A DNA stretch of 64,000 nt, taken from the NCBI GenBank assembly GCA_016713115.1, contig JADJPU010000001.1:856642-920641 (forward strand), given 5' to 3'. This stretch comes from Cellvibrionales bacterium. GTDB taxonomy: Bacteria; Pseudomonadota; Gammaproteobacteria; Pseudomonadales; UBA7239. The notes below the pieces were generated by a model that ran no database searches, had not been told where the DNA came from, and saw nothing but the letters and a program-made list of their open reading frames with translations. How positions within the stretch are numbered: the stretch's first letter is position 1; each line of letters begins with the position of its first letter. This document shows positions 19,060 to 27,741 of this stretch, piece by piece. The position numbers and the translations under genes are program-made.

Positions 19060-20194
19060 ATGCCGGACGAATAAATTTTGTAGCCCCCGCGTTCTCTTTT
19101 TGCTGCATACATCGCGCGATCGGCAAACACGCGCAATTGATTGTCGTCGCGCGTGTGATCGGGATACATCGCCACACCCACACTCGCCGTTACCTGCATG
19201 CCCTTGGGCAAGATGTCATACGGCTTGCCAATTTCATCGACAATACGCTGCGCCACAATATCAATCCCCGGCGGCGAAGCCACATTTTCTAAAATCACCG
19301 CAAATTCATCGCCACCGACACGCGCAATGGTGTCAGCTTTGCGCAATAAGTTAGTTAGGCGATCAGCAATCTCGCACAAAATTTTATCGCCCATATCGTG
19401 GCCAAGCGTGTCATTGACGGGCTTAAAGCCGTCCAAATCAATCATTACTAAGCCGGCTATGTTTTTATTGCGATCACTGCTTGCGAGTGCGCGCGTGAGC
19501 TGGCTGTCAAACATCGAACGGTTAGCCAAGCCCGTCAAAGGATCGTGCGCCGCAAGAAATGCGTAGCGATCACGCTCGGCATCACGCTCCTGCTTCAAGC
19601 GCTGCGTAATCGCTTCAAACACCAACATCAAAAAAATAATAGCGAAGTAATTCACCAACCAATGCGTCAAATGCAGCGTCAGAAATTTAGAAAGATCGAG
19701 CAGTTGGGGAAATTTAAACAGCCAGCGATCTATTCCAATCATCGCAATGTGGCTGAGAAAAACGATACTAGACCACAACAAGCCGCTGTATTTCTCGCCT
19801 AAGGTGAACGCCAATACAATCGGAATGACCAACAGCGGCATGGCCGGCGACTCCAGCGGTCCGCCAGAAGTTGCCACACCGACAATCACACCCACATAGG
19901 TACATAACACGGTAATTTCTGCGCAGTGTTGATAGCGCTCACCGTTGCGCAACCAGTACAGCACCAATAAATAACCGCAGACCATAAAGATCAATAAGGT
20001 TATCGTGATAGCAATATTATTTTCAGAAAATGGCGCAAAAAAATGACATACACCGATGTCAAGGCAATCAGCAGAATATACAACGAGGCAATGCCCGCCA
20101 AAATGCGGGCGCGATACAACACTTCATGGTTGCTGAGATACTCGGGGCTGATCAAACGATCAAACAACTTGGCAAAATCCCTGCCAAACAACAT
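19050..20194 (-). pseudogene. membrane-anchored diguanylate cyclase (GGDEF with intact I-site), frame-disrupted in this sequence
   Basis: Fragments are 20000..20194 (GGAGAA + ATG; first TM helices) and 19050..19994 (more TM helices plus GGDEF: RKADTIARVGGDEFAVIL, i.e. RxxD five residues before GGDEF). Adding one T to the T7 run (plus-strand A7, 20037-20043) gives continuous ..SVYVIFFAPFSENNIAITITLLIFMVCGYLL.. Confidence 0.8.
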
Positions 20195-20216
20195 GCCATT
20201 CTCCTACTGCGTTTAC

Positions 20217-20873
20217 TTACACATAGCGACTGGTGCGCGTCATCAAACGCGATACCAAGGTCATCCCTTTTTTAATCGGTGCTGGAAATTGCGTACCGCC
20301 CGCCGCCAATGCCGCATGGCTGTGGCGTGCTTCGTCTTCCAACATCGTTTCAACAATGGCGCGACTTTTTTCATCGCAAGGTGGCAGCGTTTGCAGATGT
20401 TCTTCCAAGTGTTCGCACACTTGATCTTCAATCGCCGACACAAAACCCAAACTGGTTTTATCGCCAATCAAACCGGCTGCCGCACCTAAACCAAACGACA
20501 TGCCATACCACAGTGGATTCAAAACCGAGAGGTGTCCGCCCAGTTGTTTGACGCGCTCTTCACACCACGCCAGGTGATCAATTTCTTCATCGGCCGCGCG
20601 TTCCATTTCCTCGCGCACGACAGGCAGTTTGGCAGTCAGCGCCTGACCTTGATACAGCGCCTGCGCACACACTTCGCCGGTGTGATTAACGCGCATCAAG
20701 CCAATCGAACGCGCTGTTTCTTCTTTAGTCAGCGAGCACTCCGCCACTTGCAAGGCCGGCGTGGCGCGCAGCGCGGGGCGCGTGTCACCCGTCAGCGTGC
20801 GCAGGGCGCGATCCGCCGAAACCAGCAAATGATCCAAACCGGTGAGTTGGCGTTCGGCAATAGGTGGCAGCAT
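20217..20873 (-). CDS. coq7: demethoxyubiquinone hydroxylase (di-iron carboxylate Coq7 family)
   Basis: ORF 20217..20885 (GTG) with ATG at 20873; the start choice is uncertain. [42 protein letters not shown] di-iron motifs. Confidence 0.85.
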   Translation of the reverse strand: MLPPIAERQLTGLDHLLVSADRALRTLTGDTRPALRATPALQVAECSLTKEETARSIGLMRVNHTGEVCAQALYQGQALTAKLPVVREEMERAADEEIDHLAWCEERVKQLGGHLSVLNPLWYGMSFGLGAAAGLIGDKTSLGFVSAIEDQVCEHLEEHLQTLPPCDEKSRAIVETMLEDEARHSHAALAAGGTQFPAPIKKGMTLVSRLMTRTSRYV

Positions 20874-20995
20874 GTGAATTTCCACAAAAATCTCTTGTGT
20901 TCCAGTCTATGCTTTTTTGCCCAAAATAAAAAATTGGGGGGGCGTATAATTCGCGCCCTTCCCGCCCGCACAGGCAAACTCAGTCAAGGTTTCTC

Positions 20996-21860
20996 ATGTC
21001 CTCCGCCTCCATGCGCAAAGGCTATTTGTACGGCTTTATTACGGTGTGTATGTGGGCAGGCTTCGTGCTGTTATCGCGTATGGCACAGGCCAGCGGTTTA
21101 AACAGCTTTGATATGACCGCCCTGCGCTTTGGCACCGCGTCACTACTGCTATTCCCCGCGTGGCTGTTCTGGCAGCGCGTGCCGCTATTCACACTACAAA
21201 CCTTGCTGCTAGCCCTGATCGGCGGCATTGGCTATGCGCTGTGTGCCTACTCGGCGTTTCATTTCGCACCAGCCTCACACGGCGCGGTGCTGCTGTCGGG
21301 CGTGCTGCCTTTTTTTGTCACGCTGGTGGCGTGGTTATTACTCGGCGAAAAACCCAGTGCGCAGCGCTGGTTGGCTTTGAGTGTGATCGGCGGCGGCGTG
21401 CTGTGTTTGGCGTTTTACAGCTTGGGTGATTTACAAAACAGTTGGCCCGGCGATTTATTGTTGCTGGCATCCTCTTGTTTGTGGGCGATCTACAGTGTGC
21501 TGGCCAAACGCTGGGGCAAAACGCCGAAGGAAATCACCATCGGCGTCGGTTTGTTATCCGCGCTTATTTATCTGCCCTGCTATTGGTTGCTGTTACCGAA
21601 AAGGCATACACGATGCCGCGTGGAGCGCCATTCTGCTGCAGGCATTTTTTCAAGGCGTGTTAGTTGTTGTAGTGGCCATGCTGACTTTTATGAAAGCCAT
21701 GGAACAACTCGGCCCCACACGCTTGGGCGCAGTGATGGCAACCGTACCTGCCTTTGCCGGTATTGGCGCAGTGGTTTTTTTGGGCGAACCTTTTTCGTGG
21801 CTGTTGGTGCTGGGCTTGCTGCTCACTTGCGGCGGCGCATGGTTAGGCTCCAAAGGCTAG
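20996..21860 (+). pseudogene. EamA/DMT-family transporter, frame-disrupted in this sequence
   Basis: ORF 20996..21910 looks like a transporter only up to ..YLPCYWLLLPK. The rest of the protein (GIHDAAWSAILLQAFFQGVLVVVVAML..GEPFSWLLVLGLLLTCGGAWLGSKG) is in ORF 21426..21860. Removing one A from the A4 run 21599-21602 joins the two. Confidence 0.75.
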
Positions 21861-21973
21861 GCAAAAAACACCGTATTTCCCGCAGTTTTTTGTGTTTTTT
21901 TGTAAATTAGTTAGCGCATTCCAATTTTCTTTTCGATTATACGCAGCGTAGTAATCAGAAAGAGGATCGAGCA

Positions 21974-22108
21974 ATGAAAGCCATTATTCCCGCATTATTT
22001 TTCGCCACCTTAGCTGCGCCCTCAGGCATTGTTAGCGCCATGCTGTTGGCTGCACTCGTGTTCTGGGTAGCATACGATCAGGAATCCGAAACGCGGATGG
22101 TCTACTGA
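21974..22108 (+). CDS. possible 44-aa small hydrophobic protein
   Basis: Below the ORF-track size cut-off. AGAGGA lies 7 nt before ATG 21974. Product is MKAIIPALFFATLAAPSGIVSAMLLAALVFWVAYDQESETRMVY. A strong terminator follows directly. Confidence 0.4.
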   Translation: MKAIIPALFFATLAAPSGIVSAMLLAALVFWVAYDQESETRMVY

Positions 22109-22130
22109 TTACCGTAAGAATTGCGAGCAT

Positions 22131-22158
22131 AAAAAAAGCGGGCATGCCCGCTTTTTTT
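22131..22158. terminator. bidirectional rho-independent terminator (small ORF / htpX)
   Basis: A7 - GCGGGCATGCCCGC (perfect 14-nt palindrome, 22138-22151) - T7, between convergent genes. Confidence 0.8.
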
Positions 22159-22177
22159 ATTGCACCACACACAGCTA

Positions 22178-23035
22178 TTAAAAGCTTGCACTCTCGCGCA
22201 ATGCCGCGATGCGTTTTTCCAACGGCGGGTGGCTCATAAATAATTCGCCCAAAGTTTTGCTTTTGCCGTTGATGCCGAAGGCCACCAATTGCCCATCCAG
22301 CGTACTCTCGTGTGAAACCTTGAGGCGTTCCAAGGCAGCAATCATTTTTTCTTTGCCTGCCAGCTTGGCACCGCCAATATCGGCACGGAATTCACGCTGA
22401 CGGGAGAACCACGCCACGATGGTGCTGGCCACTATGCCAAACACCATTTCCAACACGAACACGGTCATCATGTAGGCGAAAGCGCCGCGATCGCGATCAC
22501 CAATGAATTGCGCCACGACACGCGCCAAGAAAATCACAAAGGTGTTTACCACGCCTTGAATCAAAGTCAGGGTCACCATGTCGCCATTGGCGATGTGTGA
22601 AACTTCATGCCCCAACACCGCTTCCGCTTCTTCACGGCTCATGTTGTGCAGCAGACCGGAGGAGACAGCCACCAAGGCGCTATCGCGCTTCATACCGGTG
22701 GCAAATGCATTGATATCGGGTGAGTCGTAAATCGCCACATCCGGCATGCCGATACCTGCCGCCTGTGCTTGACGCTTCACCGTCTCTAGCAGCCAAGTTT
22801 CTACCTGTGTGCGCGGCTGCTCGATCACTTGCGCCCCCGTGGTGCGCAGCGCCATCCACTTGGACAGCATTAAAGAGATAACCGAGCCACCCATACCAAA
22901 CACAAAAGCCAACAACAGCAGGCCGCCCATGCTGTTGCGCGACAGCCCCAGATACGACTGCAACACGCTCAACACGATGCCGAGCACCAACATAATGGCC
23001 AAGTTGGTCGCTAGAAATAAAACAATGCGCTTCAT
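22178..23035 (-). CDS. htpX: membrane zinc metalloprotease HtpX (M48)
   Basis: 285 aa. [11 protein letters not shown] (HExxH) and the typical TM pattern. Confidence 0.9.
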   Translation of the reverse strand: MKRIVLFLATNLAIMLVLGIVLSVLQSYLGLSRNSMGGLLLLAFVFGMGGSVISLMLSKWMALRTTGAQVIEQPRTQVETWLLETVKRQAQAAGIGMPDVAIYDSPDINAFATGMKRDSALVAVSSGLLHNMSREEAEAVLGHEVSHIANGDMVTLTLIQGVVNTFVIFLARVVAQFIGDRDRGAFAYMMTVFVLEMVFGIVASTIVAWFSRQREFRADIGGAKLAGKEKMIAALERLKVSHESTLDGQLVAFGINGKSKTLGELFMSHPPLEKRIAALRESASF

Positions 23036-23144
23036 GAAAACCTCAAAGTGGATGCGTAACCCGAAGATGGGTGCTGCCGAGCGCTTTTCAAGCGACTGGC
23101 AGCGTTAGGACAAGAAACAATAAGAATAGTTCCCAATACGCTGT

Positions 23145-24305
23145 TTAACGGCGTCGCACAATGCCGCCGCTGTTTTTCTTGTCGTCTTCAGTCTGTTCCA
23201 AGCTGAGACCAGCCAGCCCACCAAAACCGCCACCGCCCGAATTTTCTTGCGCCAGTTTGATCATCAAGCGCAGATCGTTGGGCGAATCCGCGTGCAACAG
23301 TGCATCTTCGTAAGTGATCTCTCCGGCATCGTAGAAATTGAACAGCGCTTGGTCGAAAGTCTGCATACCCAATTCCGTGGATTTTTTCATCAACTCTTTC
23401 AAGCCGTGCACTTCACCTTTACGAATCATGTCGGAAGCAAGCGGCGTATTGAGCAGCACTTCGATAGCTGCACGGCGACCGTTGCCATCCGGTGTCGGCA
23501 CCAATTGCTGCGCGATGATTGCTTTTAAGTTCAGCGACAAATCCATCCACAACTGCGAGTGCCTATCGGCGGGGAAAAAGTGAATGATACGATCCAAGGC
23601 TTGGTTAGCGTTGTTGGCGTGCAGGGTGCACAAACACAAGTGACCGGTTTCTGCAAACGCAATCGCGTGATCCATGGTTTCGCGTGAGCGTACCTCACCG
23701 ATCAAAATAACATCGGGCGCTTGACGCAAAGTATTTTTCAGCGCCACTTCAAACGACTCGGTATCAATGCCCACTTCGCGCTGCGTAACAATACAGCCTG
23801 CGTGTTGGTGAATAAATTCGATCGGATCTTCGATGGTAATGATGTGACCTTTGGAATTGCGATTGCGATGGCCGATCATCGATGCCAACGAAGTGGATTT
23901 ACCTGTGCCGGTCGCGCCCACAAAAATAATCAAACCACGTTTGGTCATCGCCAATTCTTTGATTACTTCTGGCAACATCAAATCGTCAATTTGCGGAATC
24001 TTGGTTTCGATACGACGCAACACCGCACCCGCCAGGTTGCGCTGATAAAACGCATTGGCACGAAAACGACCGATACCGCGCGCCGATACCGCAAAATTCA
24101 ACTCCAAATTCTGCATGAACTCTTCGCGCTGCTTTTCGTTCATCAAACCGAGCACGACTTCACGCGTCAATTCCGGCGTCAACGGCGTGTTGGTCACTGG
24201 CACCACTTTGCCGTTCAGCTTGATTGAAGGTGGAACGCCTGCGGTGAGAAAAAGATCGGAAGCACCTTTTTCTACCATCAATGCCAACAGTTTGCTGATA
24301 TCCAT
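23145..24305 (-). CDS. pilU: type IV pilus retraction ATPase PilU
   Basis: 386 aa. MDISKLLALMVEKGASDLFLTAG.., Walker A GATGTGKST. Lies directly downstream of pilT. Confidence 0.9.
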   Translation of the reverse strand: MDISKLLALMVEKGASDLFLTAGVPPSIKLNGKVVPVTNTPLTPELTREVVLGLMNEKQREEFMQNLELNFAVSARGIGRFRANAFYQRNLAGAVLRRIETKIPQIDDLMLPEVIKELAMTKRGLIIFVGATGTGKSTSLASMIGHRNRNSKGHIITIEDPIEFIHQHAGCIVTQREVGIDTESFEVALKNTLRQAPDVILIGEVRSRETMDHAIAFAETGHLCLCTLHANNANQALDRIIHFFPADRHSQLWMDLSLNLKAIIAQQLVPTPDGNGRRAAIEVLLNTPLASDMIRKGEVHGLKELMKKSTELGMQTFDQALFNFYDAGEITYEDALLHADSPNDLRLMIKLAQENSGGGGFGGLAGLSLEQTEDDKKNSGGIVRRR

Positions 24306-24356
24306 ATTGTTCTTACCTGAATAAGGGTTATTGCCAGAATAATGATTTGTTATCGA

Positions 24357-25391
24357 TTAAAAGTTTTCTGGAATTTTCGCTTTTTCACGCGCTGCATCGC
24401 GCGAAATCAAACCTTTTGACACCAAGTTCGTCAAACACTGATCCAGCGTCTGCATGCCCAACTGACCGCCCGTTTGAATAGCGGAATACATCTGTGCAAT
24501 TTTGTCTTCACGAATCAAGTTACGAATCGCCGCGGTGCCGCGCATGATTTCGTGTGCCGCCACACGACCGCCGCCATTTTTCTTCAACAGCGTTTGTGAA
24601 ATTACGCCTTGCAGTGATTCCGACAACATCGAACGCACCATGGCTTTTTCTTCCGCAGGGAATACATCCACCACACGGTCGATCGTTTTTGCGGCTGAAG
24701 TGGTGTGCAGCGTACCGAACACCAAGTGGCCGGTTTCTGCAGCAGTCAATGCCAAACGAATGGTTTCCAAGTCACGCATCTCACCCACGAGAATAATATC
24801 TGGATCTTCCCGCAAAGCTGAACGCAATGCTTCGGCGAAGCCCAAAGTGTCGCGGTGCACTTCCCGCTGGTTCACCAAACATTTTTTACTTTGATGTACG
24901 AATTCGATTGGATCTTCGATGGTCAAAATGTGTTCGTATTTGTTGTCGTTGATGTAGTCAATCATCGCCGCGAGCGTGGTGGATTTACCCGAACCGGTTG
25001 GTCCCGTCACCAAAATTAAACCGCGCGGAATGTGACACAAATCTTTAAACACTTGCCCCATGCCCAACTCTTCCATCGTCAATACTTTGGAAGGAATGGT
25101 TCTGAATACCGCACCGGCGCCGCGGTTTTGGTTGAAGGCGTTGACGCGGAAACGCGCCACACCTGGCACTTCAAACGAGAAGTCAGTTTCCCAAAACTCT
25201 TCGAAATCTTTGCGCTGCTTATCGTTCATGATGTCATAAATCAGCGCGTGCACTTGCTTGTGCTCCAGCGCCGGCAAGTTGATGCGGCGCACATCGCCGT
25301 CCACACGAATCATCGGTGGCAAACCGGCCGACAAGTGAAGATCCGAAGCGCCTTGTTTTGCGCTGAAAGCCAGCAGTTCAGTAATATCCAT
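24357..25391 (-). CDS. pilT: type IV pilus twitching-motility ATPase PilT
   Basis: ORF 24357..25502. ATG 25391 gives a 344-aa product: MDITELLAFSAKQGASDLHLSAG.., Walker A GPTGSGKST, and the AIRNLIRE motif. Confidence 0.95.
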   Translation of the reverse strand: MDITELLAFSAKQGASDLHLSAGLPPMIRVDGDVRRINLPALEHKQVHALIYDIMNDKQRKDFEEFWETDFSFEVPGVARFRVNAFNQNRGAGAVFRTIPSKVLTMEELGMGQVFKDLCHIPRGLILVTGPTGSGKSTTLAAMIDYINDNKYEHILTIEDPIEFVHQSKKCLVNQREVHRDTLGFAEALRSALREDPDIILVGEMRDLETIRLALTAAETGHLVFGTLHTTSAAKTIDRVVDVFPAEEKAMVRSMLSESLQGVISQTLLKKNGGGRVAAHEIMRGTAAIRNLIREDKIAQMYSAIQTGGQLGMQTLDQCLTNLVSKGLISRDAAREKAKIPENF

Positions 25392-25451
25392 AATGAAAAC
25401 AACCTTGTGTTGAGAGTTAACCCACGGGACACCGGTACAACACCTGCATCC

Positions 25452-25544
25452 ATGACGACAATCGCTGCCAATATAGCCAAGGTGCACGACCGTATACAAC
25501 ACACCGCGCAGAAATGCGGGCGCGATGTGAACGCCGTCACATGA
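25452..25544 (+). pseudogene. yggS: 30-codon remnant of the PLP-homeostasis gene yggS
   Basis: MTTIAANIAKVHDRIQHTAQKCGRDVNAVT* matches the YggS N-terminus (E. coli MNDIAHNLAQVRDKISAAATRCGRSPEEIT-LLAVSKTKP). The conserved LLAVSKT continuation is absent in all frames, and proC starts 55 nt later. Confidence 0.6.
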
Positions 25545-25599
25545 CTGACCTGGGCAATTAGCGCTCGCTTATAATGCTGCGCTCTTTGGGAGGCACGGC

Positions 25600-26418
25600 A
25601 TGACTCAACCCACTATTGGATTTATCGGCGCCGGCAATATGGCGGCCAGCTTGATCGGCGGCTTGGTCGCGCGCGGTTTTACGCCACAGCAACTCTGCGC
25701 CGCAGACCCCAACGCCGCTGGCTTGCAGGCACTCGCCGCACAACACGGCATCCACGCTTGCACGAGCAATGCGGAGGTCGCGCAACGCGCCGATATTCTG
25801 GTGCTGGCCGTGAAGCCGCAGGTGATGAAAGCGGTGTTGACCGATCTCGCGCCATCTGTGCAGAGCAAGCACCTGATCCTCTCCATCGCCGCCGGTATCA
25901 GCATGGCCAGCATGGAGCAGTGGCTCGGTGGCGCGCCCGCCATCGTGCGCTGCATGCCCAACACCCCCGCGCTGGTGCAGCAGGGCGCGAGTGGCTTGGT
26001 CGCCAACGCGCGCGTCAGTGCCGTGCAGCGCGAGCAAGCAGAAGCGATTCTGAAAGCTGTCGGCATTGCGTTGTGGCTGGATAACGAGACACAAATTGAT
26101 GCCGTGACCGCCGTTTCCGGCAGCGGCCCCGCGTACTTTTTTCTGTTGATGGAAGCGATGATTGCCGCCGGTGAAAAATTGGGGCTCAGCACAGAAGCTG
26201 CTCGCGCGCTCACGCTACAAACCGCACTCGGTGCCGCGCAGATGGCGTGCAGCAGCGAGTTTGATCCCGCCGAATTGCGGCGCCGCGTCACTTCGCCAGG
26301 CGGAACCACCGAACGCGCCATTGCGCATTTTGAACAACAACATTTGCGCACGATTGTTGATGATGCCTTGCAAGCGGCCAGCACGCGCTCGCAAGAACTG
26401 GCGCAACAATTGAGCTAA
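25600..26418 (+). CDS. proC: pyrroline-5-carboxylate reductase
   Basis: 272 aa. IGFIGAGNMA.. Rossmann motif and VTSPGGTTE signature. GGGAGG precedes the ATG. Confidence 0.95.
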   Translation: MTQPTIGFIGAGNMAASLIGGLVARGFTPQQLCAADPNAAGLQALAAQHGIHACTSNAEVAQRADILVLAVKPQVMKAVLTDLAPSVQSKHLILSIAAGISMASMEQWLGGAPAIVRCMPNTPALVQQGASGLVANARVSAVQREQAEAILKAVGIALWLDNETQIDAVTAVSGSGPAYFFLLMEAMIAAGEKLGLSTEAARALTLQTALGAAQMACSSEFDPAELRRRVTSPGGTTERAIAHFEQQHLRTIVDDALQAASTRSQELAQQLS

Positions 26419-26439
26419 ACAACTATCGAGTTCGCACAC

Positions 26440-27033
26440 ATGAATGCATTCGCACAAATTGGCATCCTCACCCTGCAAACCATCGGCGGTTTGTATTTGC
26501 TGGCGGTGGTATTGCGTTTTTTATTGCAGGCCGCCCGCGCCGATTTTTACAATCCACTCTCGCAAGCGATCGCAAAAATCACTACACCTGTTTTGATGCC
26601 GCTGCGCCGCCTCATTCCCGGCTTGTTTGGCCTGGATCTCGCCTGTGTTGTCTTGGCGATTGCCGTGCAATACCTCACCGTCACTTTGAGTTGTTTATTG
26701 GTGGGTATTTTTAATCCACTGATTGTGTTGCTGTGGAGTTTGATCGGCATCGCATCCATGGTGGTCTACATTTATTTAATTTGCATGATCGTGATGATCA
26801 TCCTCAGTTGGGTTGCGCCCTACACACGCCACCCCGCTGCAGTATTGTGCGTGCAATTGGTGCGGCCGCTGTGTGCGCCTATCCAGCGTTTTATTCCCTC
26901 ACTGGGCGGTTTAGATATTTCACCGATTTTTGTTTTTTTATTACTGAATGCCGCGCGCGTGTTGATCAACAGCGCCGCAGCCAGCACCGGCTTAATGGGC
27001 GGTGCCAGCATGTTAGTTCCTGGTATGTTTTGA
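26440..27033 (+). CDS. yggT: YggT family membrane protein
   Basis: 197 aa with duplicated YggT-type TM repeats. Conserved position after proC. Confidence 0.85.
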   Translation: MNAFAQIGILTLQTIGGLYLLAVVLRFLLQAARADFYNPLSQAIAKITTPVLMPLRRLIPGLFGLDLACVVLAIAVQYLTVTLSCLLVGIFNPLIVLLWSLIGIASMVVYIYLICMIVMIILSWVAPYTRHPAAVLCVQLVRPLCAPIQRFIPSLGGLDISPIFVFLLLNAARVLINSAAASTGLMGGASMLVPGMF

Positions 27034-27045
27034 TAAAAGCCCATT

Positions 27046-27714
27046 ATGACACTCGCTATTTTTGATCTCGATAACACGCTGCTCAACGGTGACTCCGATC
27101 ACGCTTGGGGTGAATTTATTGCCGATCTCGGCGTGGTCGATGCAACAGAATACCGCGCAAAAAATGACGCGTTTTATGACGATTACTGTCGCGGCGAATT
27201 GGATATCTACGCCTACCAGCGTTTTGTACTGGGCGTATTGGCGGGCAAAAGCATGGATGAATTATCGCGCTGGCATGCGCAATTTATGCGCGACAAAATT
27301 GCCGGCATGATTCTGCCCAAAGCTGTCGACCTCATTGAAAGCCATCGCGCACAAAATCACACTTTGATGATTATCACCGCCACCAACGCTTTCATTACTG
27401 CCCCTATCGCGCAGCGCTTAGGCATTGATATTTGGCTCGCCACCGAGCCGGAGATACGCAACGGCGTTTACACCGGCGACATCAGCGGCACACCCTGCTA
27501 CCGCGAAGGCAAAGTCGAGCGCCTCAACGCTTGGCTAAACAACAATAATGAAACCCTGCACGGCAGTTTTTTCTACAGCGATTCGCACAATGATTTGCCG
27601 CTGCTACAAAAAGTGGATAAGCCCGTAGCGGTTGATCCCGATGACAAACTTAAAGTGTTTGCAGAAAAAATGGCTGGCAGGTACTGGGTTTGCGGTGAGA
27701 AAACATTTCAATAA
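27046..27714 (+). CDS. HAD-superfamily subfamily IB hydrolase (SerB-like)
   Basis: 222 aa. The DxD nucleophile motif is FDLDNTLL; also ITATN and SDSHNDLPLL. The last ~17 residues look out of frame (see findings). Confidence 0.8.
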   Translation: MTLAIFDLDNTLLNGDSDHAWGEFIADLGVVDATEYRAKNDAFYDDYCRGELDIYAYQRFVLGVLAGKSMDELSRWHAQFMRDKIAGMILPKAVDLIESHRAQNHTLMIITATNAFITAPIAQRLGIDIWLATEPEIRNGVYTGDISGTPCYREGKVERLNAWLNNNNETLHGSFFYSDSHNDLPLLQKVDKPVAVDPDDKLKVFAEKMAGRYWVCGEKTFQ

Positions 27715-27741
27715 AAATAATCTAATAAATAACAGGGCCTC

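Noticed and set aside
23060-23110. Imperfect long hairpin (GCTGCC..CGCTT-GAA-AAGCG..GGCAGC on the minus strand) between pilU and htpX as a terminator.
   Set aside because: The stem has internal mismatches and no U-tract. It might be a regulatory or REP-like element, but the evidence is too weak to annotate.
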